This document shows, in pieces, positions 18,942 through 27,000 of a DNA stretch of 64,000 nucleotides. The translations under genes were made by a program, and so were the position numbers. The stretch is from Nitrospira sp. (lineage in GTDB: Bacteria; Nitrospirota; Nitrospiria; Nitrospirales; Nitrospiraceae). Location: the NCBI GenBank assembly GCA_020846195.1, contig JADLEJ010000046.1, positions 6,115 to 70,114 on the forward strand. The letters run 5' to 3'. Every line of letters begins with the position of its first letter. The stretch's first letter is position 1. The notes below the pieces were generated by a model. The model was not told the origin of the DNA and did not search any database. It saw only the letters and a list, made by a program, of their open reading frames with translations.

Positions 18942-19203
18942 GCTTTCGCATTTCCTCTTCGAAGGTCTTCCGGTAGAGCACCTCCCATTCGGAACTCCCT
19001 TCGACGATGCCGCGAGAATAGGACGCCAGCTTCGCGCGCACTTTCCGATCCACCCCATCTTCCTGAGCCAGCTCGGCCGCGAGCACCCGCTTAATATCTT
19101 TCAACATGCGGGCATCGTCGCCCTTCTGGCTGACCAGCGGGCTCTTCTTCACCGCCTGAAGAATGATGTGGGACAGATGGCTGACTTTATCTTCGCTCAA
19201 CAT
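18928..19203 (-). CDS. DUF507-family protein
   Basis: 91 aa (LSEDKVSHLSHIIL...). Paralogous to the adjacent 93-aa ORF. Confidence 0.6.
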   Translation of the reverse strand: MLSEDKVSHLSHIILQAVKKSPLVSQKGDDARMLKDIKRVLAAELAQEDGVDRKVRAKLASYSRGIVEGSSEWEVLYRKTFEEEMRKHGKG

Positions 19204-19228
19204 CGCCGCAACCCATCGGAGTCAGACC

Positions 19229-19510
19229 TCACAAAATGAGGCCTCGTTCGCGCACCAATTTCGTTTTGATCATCGTAAACATCCGCTGGTAATCGACCTG
19301 CCCCTGCTCGATTTGCTTCTCATACGCCTTGAGCATCTGCCGGACCTCTGCATTCAGCGTATCTTCGATCGACAACTCCGCGGCAATGACCTGCTCCAAT
19401 GATTCGACGAACGCCTTGCGATCACCTGTCACCTCCACTTGGCCATCCTGCTGGAGATGCGCGACGACCGACTCAGCCATGTGATGAACCCGGTCCTTCG
19501 AGAGGCGCAT
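19229..19510 (-). CDS. DUF507-family protein
   Basis: 93 aa (LSKDRVHHMAESVV...). Forms a paralogous pair with 18928..19203. Confidence 0.6.
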   Translation of the reverse strand: MRLSKDRVHHMAESVVAHLQQDGQVEVTGDRKAFVESLEQVIAAELSIEDTLNAEVRQMLKAYEKQIEQGQVDYQRMFTMIKTKLVRERGLIL

Positions 19511-19513
19511 GGG

Positions 19514-19897
19514 CTAGACTCGCTCGACGCGGATGGTCGGCGCCTCCATGACCCGGCGCAATTGCGTCGCATCGCCCACAATTTTCCCGATCACATTGAC
19601 ACGATCCGCCGGCACCGGATCAGGCCCCATGCTCATCGGTGTCCGGCCGAAGAAAATCGCCAGCACCTGCCCGGCGCCCCAGTACGCGATATCGCCGACT
19701 TTGACTTGATTGGTCGCGGTTTCCCGATAGTCTTTGACCCCGGCCAGCTTGAAGTAAAACTCCTCGCCCCAGGTGTTGATCGGCGCATCGACCGGCAAAG
19801 CGGCATACACCTCCCCAGCGGTCTTCGACCCCTTTAGCTCGGCTTCGAGTTGCACCCCGCCCACCGTAATGCGAATGCGTTTTACTGGATCTGTCAT
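19514..19897 (-). CDS. cyclophilin-like-fold protein (Cyclophil_like family)
   Basis: ORF trimmed to the Met at 19897. IRITVGGVQLEAEL ... GDIAYWGAGQVLAIFFG matches the pattern of the small cyclophilin-like family. Confidence 0.55.
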   Translation of the reverse strand: MTDPVKRIRITVGGVQLEAELKGSKTAGEVYAALPVDAPINTWGEEFYFKLAGVKDYRETATNQVKVGDIAYWGAGQVLAIFFGRTPMSMGPDPVPADRVNVIGKIVGDATQLRRVMEAPTIRVERV

Positions 19898-20037
19898 AGC
19901 GTATGGATTGTATCGGTGTGGATCATCGCGTTGATTGCAGCCTGCAAATTCGACGTCGAACTCTAACCGGTCTCCCCGGATGAAATCAAGGCAACGGAGT
20001 AGCCCTGGCTTTTGCCCTCCTGCTAGAATACCGTCGC

Positions 20038-20844
20038 ATGTTACCCTCAACTTTTGTGATCCTCCAGGGGATCGGTCCCAAAACTGAACGGCGCCTTTGG
20101 CACGAGGGCCTGCTCACGTGGAACGATTTCCTGAGCCAGCCGGGGATTTCAGGAATCTCCGCCCCGCGCAAGCAGTGGTACGACCAGGAGCTCCTCCAGG
20201 CTCAATCGGCATTCGATTCAGGGCAACTCGGCTATTTCGCCGCGCGATTGCCCAGCCGCGATCATTGGCGTTTTTTCGAACTATGCGAACCCCAGGCGCT
20301 GTATCTGGACATCGAAACCACCGGCACTTCTCCGCATGACGGCGAGGTGACCGTCGTGGGACTGCACCGGCGTGGAGAAACGGTCTGCCTGGTCCGTGGA
20401 GAAACGCTGACGGTGGAACGGCTCCAGGCGGAATTGGATGCCTGCACGCTTCTCGTCACGTTTTTCGGAACGAGCTTTGATGTGCCGTACCTGCGCGCCA
20501 AATTCCCCGAACTCAGATTCTCCATGCCGCATTTCGACCTCTGCTTCGCCGCGCGGCGGCTGGGCCTGCGCGGCGGACTCAAACAGATCGAACGGGAACT
20601 GGGAATCGAACGGGATTCGGCGCTGCGCAATCTGGACGGCTGGGACGCCGTGCGGCTCTGGATGCAATGGCGCGCGGGCGATGCCGGCGCGCGGGATCTG
20701 CTCCTGGCCTACAACGCCGCCGATACGGCCAATCTGGCTCCGCTGGCGAAACATGTGTTTCAGGATAGTGCCTCGCGCTTTGGCCCAGCCTCGGCCGGCG
20801 CGTCCAGGCTGTTTCACCCAGACCGGCAGGAGCTTCACGCATGA
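20038..20844 (+). CDS. HhH + RNase H-like (YprB/PolB-exonuclease-like) nuclease
   Basis: N-terminal LQGIGPKTERRLWHEGLLTWNDF (helix-hairpin-helix). Acidic exonuclease motifs LYLDIETTG and YNAADTANL. Confidence 0.6.
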   Translation: MLPSTFVILQGIGPKTERRLWHEGLLTWNDFLSQPGISGISAPRKQWYDQELLQAQSAFDSGQLGYFAARLPSRDHWRFFELCEPQALYLDIETTGTSPHDGEVTVVGLHRRGETVCLVRGETLTVERLQAELDACTLLVTFFGTSFDVPYLRAKFPELRFSMPHFDLCFAARRLGLRGGLKQIERELGIERDSALRNLDGWDAVRLWMQWRAGDAGARDLLLAYNAADTANLAPLAKHVFQDSASRFGPASAGASRLFHPDRQELHA

Positions 20845-21590
20845 GCGCCTGGATTGGAATCGGACGAAGCGACATCGGCCTCGTCCGCGCCATGAATCAA
20901 GACGCCTTCGTCGCCATGAACCATCTGGGATTCTGGGCCGTGGCCGATGGCATGGGTGGACATGCCGGCGGAGAAGTGGCGGCTCAATCCGCCATCGCCA
21001 CCGCTGCCGCGCGAGCCGAGTCGTTCGCAGATTCGCTCCGCAACGGCTCCTGCGCGCCGCAGGATTTCCTGCGGGATATGATCGCCGAGGCGCACGAAGC
21101 CGTCCTTGAACGCGCGCGGCGGGAGCCCCGGCTGTCTCAGATGGGAACCACCCTGGTCACACTGCTGATCACCTCCGATGCCACGCCGACCGCTCACCTC
21201 GCCCATGTGGGCGACAGCCGCGGATACCTCTTTCGGAACGGCCAACTGACCCAGTCGACCCAAGATCATACGTTGATCGAAACCTATCTCGCTCGCGGAA
21301 TTGTCACTCCAGCAGAAGCCAAAACCCATCCTGAGCGACATGTATTGACGAAAGCGATCGGCATTGCCCACTCCGCCGAACATGATTATTCCGCCTGCCC
21401 GCTCCTACCGTCCGATGTCCTGCTGCTCTGCTCCGATGGGCTCACAAAGATGCTGGAGGATGCCGACCTCGCCGGCATCCTGGCACGCGCGCAAGGCGAT
21501 CCGATCCTGATCTGCGATCGCTTGATCGAAATGGCTCTCGCCCGCGGCGGCGACGATAATGTGACCGTCGTCGCAATCGCGCTCCCCTAG
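20841..21590 (+). CDS. PP2C-family Ser/Thr phosphatase
   Basis: RAMNQDAF ... VADGMGGHAGGEVA ... GGDDNVTVV. ATGA overlap with the upstream gene. Confidence 0.85.
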   Translation: MSAWIGIGRSDIGLVRAMNQDAFVAMNHLGFWAVADGMGGHAGGEVAAQSAIATAAARAESFADSLRNGSCAPQDFLRDMIAEAHEAVLERARREPRLSQMGTTLVTLLITSDATPTAHLAHVGDSRGYLFRNGQLTQSTQDHTLIETYLARGIVTPAEAKTHPERHVLTKAIGIAHSAEHDYSACPLLPSDVLLLCSDGLTKMLEDADLAGILARAQGDPILICDRLIEMALARGGDDNVTVVAIALP

Positions 21591-21712
21591 GCCATTCTCC
21601 TGATAAAACCCTCGTTGACAAGGCCTCTGAAGCCATGTAGCCTGGCGAGAAATTCAGCTATTAGAATCTTCCTCTTCCTTGCACCTACGCTGAATAGACT
21701 GAGGACTTTGCG

Positions 21713-22594
21713 ATGCCCGATCTGTCTCGGATCTCTTTTTTCGTCTTATCAGGATATCTGTTGCTCGCCCCGGTCTCCGGATTCGCCGATGACAATACAG
21801 GGCCTGAAGCCGCAATCCGCGCTCTAGTGGACGCCAACGCCGCACGAGACCTCGATGGCATGTCCCGGCTGATGGCGCACGATGACGACGCCACGGGCTA
21901 TACCATCGGCGGACGGAAGTACGTCGGATGGCCGGAGCTGGAGCGGGACATTCGCGACGAATTCGCTTTTGTGGAAAAACTGGAAATGCCCATCACCGAC
22001 CTCAAGGTCTGGACGAAAGGCGACCTAGCCTGGTTCACGATGGAACTAGATTACATCCGCTTCGTCAACGAAGGCGGTGAGCGCCACCACACCGTCATCC
22101 CCTTGAGAGAAAGCGGCGTGCTTGAAAAGCGGCAGGGCCAATGGCTGTTGATCTCTTGGCATGAATCGCTCCGTGCGGCGAACTGGCCCGCAGTAGCTCA
22201 CCAGCCGCCTGCAGCACCGGCGCTCCAGCTAGTCGCCGACCCTGGAGTCTTGCGTGCCCCCATCGCAGACCTGAGCGGCGAATGGGAAATTCTGGAAGTC
22301 GAGGACGACAAGCGCTATAAGGCCACGCTGGATAAATCCGGCAATGGCCCCTATACACAGCATGGCGGACGCTTTACGACCACGAAGGTCGCCGACCGGC
22401 TCTGGCAAGGCACCTGGCAGCAACCCGGCAACGACCGCGAGGGGGCGTTCGAACTCTTGCTGTCGGAGGATGGCATGCAGGCCAAGGGTGTCTGGTGGTA
22501 TTCCCGGGTCGGCACGCACAAAAATATTCCTCCGCGTGAACATGGCGGCACCTATCAATGGAAACGGCTCACACAGCCTATCCAAGTCCAATGA
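21713..22594 (+). CDS. exported two-domain protein, SnoaL/NTF2-like N-terminal half
   Basis: Signal peptide. The N-terminal half has the NTF2-like pattern (AIRALVDANAARDLDGMSRLMAHD ... WLLISWHES). The C-terminal ~120 aa is not recognised. Confidence 0.45.
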   Translation: MPDLSRISFFVLSGYLLLAPVSGFADDNTGPEAAIRALVDANAARDLDGMSRLMAHDDDATGYTIGGRKYVGWPELERDIRDEFAFVEKLEMPITDLKVWTKGDLAWFTMELDYIRFVNEGGERHHTVIPLRESGVLEKRQGQWLLISWHESLRAANWPAVAHQPPAAPALQLVADPGVLRAPIADLSGEWEILEVEDDKRYKATLDKSGNGPYTQHGGRFTTTKVADRLWQGTWQQPGNDREGAFELLLSEDGMQAKGVWWYSRVGTHKNIPPREHGGTYQWKRLTQPIQVQ

Positions 22595-22671
22595 TCCGAA
22601 TACTACCTACACTCTCCTTCTCAAACCAATGCCCTCGCACAAAGACACTTTTACCTTCTCTGGGAGATTTT

Positions 22672-23670
22672 ATGTATTGGATGCTCGTGCTTTCTCTCAC
22701 TGCACTGATAGGCACTCCGGCATTTGCCGACGGCGGACATGACCACCATGCCGTGCCCACATTGAAAAACCAGACCACGACGACGGTCACCATTAAAGAC
22801 AACACCGTCACTCTAACCTTCGGCCCCATCGATCTCCCGACCGACCATGACGGCGACTTAGCCGCCTCGATGCCGAAGCATAACTTTCAGCTGCCCGAAG
22901 ACATGTACATGGTGGGGTATAAATCGGCGGTCTTTACCAAAGAGGGCAAGGAACTTCCCAGAAATTACCTTCACCATATCTTGATGATGAACAACACCAA
23001 GCCCAGCGTCTCCTGCCCTGGAGAGCCGCTGTTCTTCGCGGGCGCCGGCCTGGAAATGACCGAGGCCCGGTTTCCGGAAGGCTATGGCGTCAAGCTGGCC
23101 AAGGGCGATCGCCTCATGTCGGTCGTCGCCTTCTACCACAAAGCGCCAACGACGAAAAATGTGATGGCGTCTTTCACCATGTACATGGCGCCGAAGTCCA
23201 AGCCAGTGAAGGAAATGGATGTCTATCAGGTCGGCGTCAACATTGTCTGCTACAGCAAGTTCGGCGCGCGCGGCGCCGATCAGACGGACGAAGGCATTGA
23301 AATCCGCCCCGGCGTTCAGGTGCATACGGCGCCGCTGAAATTCTCGATGGACGGCTGCGTGAAATTTGCCTATCCGCACGGCCACGATGAATTGCTGATG
23401 ATTGCACTTGAGGACAAGGCGAACAAACGCACGCTCCTCCGGACGGTCCCCGATGTGGACCTGGATGGAACCTTTCGAGAGTTTCAGCCGCATCAGGTCT
23501 ACAAGGACACCCGAGGATTTTCCGTCCTGCAATCGGGCGACTACGATATGGTGATGGTCCATCATCACCCGTTGCAGAAAGCCGAGTTCCAATATGGCAT
23601 GGGAAACTATCTGCTCTATATGACTCCTGGCGCGTGCCGCACCGCCGATATCGCACGGGCGAATCCGTAA
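22672..23670 (+). CDS. exported PHM/DBH-like copper monooxygenase homologue (putative)
   Basis: ORF 22558..23670 trimmed to the Met at 22672 (signal peptide ending AFA). Ligand-like pattern: HH (LHHILMM, aa 101-102), H (FYHKAP, 156), HxH (YPHGHD, 236/238), M (YGMGNYLLYM, 310). Confidence 0.5.
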   Translation: MYWMLVLSLTALIGTPAFADGGHDHHAVPTLKNQTTTTVTIKDNTVTLTFGPIDLPTDHDGDLAASMPKHNFQLPEDMYMVGYKSAVFTKEGKELPRNYLHHILMMNNTKPSVSCPGEPLFFAGAGLEMTEARFPEGYGVKLAKGDRLMSVVAFYHKAPTTKNVMASFTMYMAPKSKPVKEMDVYQVGVNIVCYSKFGARGADQTDEGIEIRPGVQVHTAPLKFSMDGCVKFAYPHGHDELLMIALEDKANKRTLLRTVPDVDLDGTFREFQPHQVYKDTRGFSVLQSGDYDMVMVHHHPLQKAEFQYGMGNYLLYMTPGACRTADIARANP

Positions 23671-23690
23671 ACGCGTCCTCCCCTCCTCGC

Positions 23691-23729
23691 GCCCGCCGGC
23701 CTCCTCTCACTGACGAGAAACCGGCGGGC
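23691..23729 (+). terminator. 9-bp GC stem hairpin downstream of the PHM-like gene
   Basis: GCCCGCCGG (23691-23699) pairs with CCGGCGGGC (23721-23729). The loop is long and there is no U-tract, so intrinsic-terminator status is uncertain. Confidence 0.3.
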
Positions 23730-24003
23730 ACAATCTCTTCGCATCCATACACTCGTCCAAAATTGTTCGTACGGAACAGTGCGCCCTCTTCCCCCTACGA
23801 AAGAATCTCGCACTTACGTCGATTGGGACTGTGAGTGAGATACCTCGATATGGTATTCAAGACGGTAAACCGGCTCGGGATGCCGATTTGACGCCTCTTC
23901 CGCCAAGAGGCCAAGACCGCCGTCATCGCACGCACAGGATGTTGTACGCGTACCCCTTTGGGATTGAGCCGACTCGGCGCTCCCAGTAACACGGAAGTAG
24001 TCC

Positions 24004-27000
24004 ATGCCGCAGAGTGAGCCGATTACCATCCTCGTCGTCAATGAGCAAGCCGACGAAATCAAGCTGGTGACGCTGAGCCTCCGCGGCTTCTTTCCCGATT
24101 GCCGAGTTGAGTCGGTGTATTCTTCCGAAGAAGCGCTTCGGTGGGTGAATCACGCTGAATGGGACCTGATCCTGGTCGATGAGCGGCTCGGGCTCCAGAG
24201 CCGCCCGTCGCTGGTTGCTACCCTCAGGGAACGTCTTCCGACTACCGCTATCGTGCTTCAGACCGACCGGAGCGATTCGACCGCCGCCGTGACGGCACTG
24301 CAAGCTGGCGCCGACTTTCTTCTTTTCAAAAAATCGCCCGCATTTCTGACCGAATTGGTGCTCTACACCAAAGGCGCCATCGAACAACGCCGTCTCCGCG
24401 CCATGTTCGCGCGCACGCACGACCGGCAGACGCATCTGCTGGAAACACTCACGGATGTGCTCTATGAAGTCGATGCCGAAGGGCGGTTTGTCTTTATTAG
24501 TCCAGGCATCACCGTCCTGCTGGGCTATCAGCCTGAAGAACTGACCGGCACTCCCTTTTCCAAGCTGATTCCTCCCGATCAACAAGCGCGCGCGCAATAT
24601 CGTATCAATGACCGCCGGACAGGCCCTCGGGCAGCACGCCGAGTCTTGCTAGAATTGCTCAAGAAGCCTCAGCCCACAGACTCCGACCAGACTCGTGCAC
24701 AGACGGAAGTCAGCGCCAAGGGACTCTACGACGCGCGCCGACGCTACACCGGCACTCTCGGGCTCATCCGAGACATAACCGGACACCTCGCGCAGGCCGA
24801 GACCATTCAGCGGCTTGAAACCAGACTGCTCGAATCGGACCGCCATCACGCGATTGCACAGCGCTTGATCAACCTGTCGCATGAGTTGCACAAGCCCCTC
24901 TCCGCCGTATTGACCCAGTCCCAGCGGCTGATGGAAACGATCCGCGACGCCCAGCTCGATACCCGCATTGACGCCCTCACGGCGCATGCACGGGAGGCTT
25001 CGGCCTGCGGGGACGCGCTGGCTCAGGCCGTCGTCGATGCCGGCCTCGCCGAAGACGCACTAAGTCAAGTCATCGCCGACGCCCTGGCGCCCATCGCGCA
25101 TCTCGGCATTGTGCAGCACCACAATACGACGGGCCTCTTGGAGGTTGGCAATGCACGAAATATCTGGGTGCGCATCATTCAGATTGTGGTCATCCAGGCG
25201 ATTCGCCAGATGGCTGCCCGCCATACAATTCACCGGCTGAACATCTTCGCGCAAGCCGTTACGGCCACCGGAGCCCCGATCGAACAAACGCCTGGCCTCT
25301 TTCCCAATCCGGCACCTCAAGAAGTCGAAATTCTGATTCAGGAAACCGAATCGGTGGCGGCCCTCACAGTCGATTCACTACCGGCCGCCCCGGATCTAAT
25401 CCAGGCCTATGAAGACATCGGCCAGCTGCAGGGCCGCATGGAGTGGCTCGCCCCGGCGAGGCAGCCGCTCTCAGTCCGCCTGTGGCTGCCGATTCCTGAA
25501 ATGCCTCAGCCCGCTGAAACACCGGCAGAAGCCCCGCCAAGTCCGCCTGAATCATCCGTGCCGGCAACGAGCGATACTCGTCTGGACATCGATCTGTCTC
25601 CCCCTTCTGACAAACCGCTCCCGGATCGGAGACTAGCCGCGCGCGCCGCAGTCCACCTTCCGGCGCGAGTGACCGTCGGCCCTTCGGTACGCGAGGGAAC
25701 CGTTCATACGTTGAGCCTGACCGGAGCCACCGTCTCCCTGGCGGGACCGCTCCCGAATCTATCGGAGCAATCGGCTTATTTGGTATTCAAGACCGTCGTA
25801 GGGATTCTGGAGCTTCACGCCACCGTCCACGAACGTGGCATGCAGACCGACCCTTCCGCTGACGCAAGAAACCGCCCGGTCCTCGCCTTCGAATTTTCTC
25901 CGCCCGGCGAAACCGAGCAAAAAGTTCTCGGCTCCTTTATCGAAGCTGCCCAAGAGCGGAGCTTGGAGATCAGCCTTGAGGCGTTACTGTCACAGCCGGA
26001 CGAGGCCGCGCGTCCAGATCAAACCGGTTCTGGCCACCGGGTAACCGACCACCGGGAAGGCATCAGAGTCAGAGTCGCGCTTCCGGTGCGGATTGAACAG
26101 TCTCCCGAGCAGAACCCTGCGGCTCGACAACTTGGACTGGCGGTGAATTTTTCACGCGGAGGGGCATGCCTGCAGGCTAAAACCCTTCCCGGCCAGGTGG
26201 GCGAAACGATCCTCTTGCATTTCCCTCAGGGCAACGGGCAGACGCATTCGCAGCCTCACGAACCGGCCGCGCCGGATGCCGTCCTCTCGGCGAAAATCGT
26301 GTGGGCCGCTCCGGATACCACCGTCCCCTCGGAGCTGCGTCCGGCCCGCACTGAACCGGGGCAACGCTTCGGCGTCCAGTTCAGCAACCTCCCGGCCTTC
26401 GCCGAACGCGAGGTGAATCGCGTCGTGGCCCAACATATCGGCTCATCCATCGATTTGGATGGCATCGCCGGCCGCGCAGCCATTGTCAGCGCCCGGCGAG
26501 AATGCCGGAACGCGCGCGGCCAAGTCATCGCAATCACCGACGATCACGCGCGCCACCAGATCTCCCCCAGTACGCCCATTGTGATTCTCTCGCCCGGCTT
26601 CGGCTGCACCCAGACCGACTACGTCGCGCTGTCGGAATTCCTGGCCCTCAATCGGCTCCGCGTCCTGCGCTACGATTACAGCAACCACATTGGCCAAAGC
26701 GATGGCGATGTTCTTCAGACCACACTGCGGAGCATGCAAGCCGATCTGCACACGGTCCTCGAGTTTGCGCAGACAACATGGCCCACGGCCTCGCTCGCCA
26801 TCCTGGCCGAAGATGTCGCGGCCCGAGTCGCGCTGAAAGTCGTCGCACAGCAACCTGCCGCGCATCTGCTTCTGCTGGCCAACCCGGTGCTCGATATTCA
26901 GACCGCCCTGTCGGCCGGGCATCATCACGACCTCCTGGCCGACTATCGGCACGGCCTCAGACGCGGCAGCGGGAATGTATGGGGCCTCAATATCAACCTC

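Noticed and set aside
23923-24597. 224-aa minus-strand ORF overlapping the 5' end of the giant signalling gene, plus internal ORFs 26443..27033(-), 26502..27359(+) and 27202..27801(-)
   Set aside because: These are shadow frames inside a continuous 1384-codon ORF that carries recognisable domains along its whole length. They have no motifs and their composition is Arg-rich.
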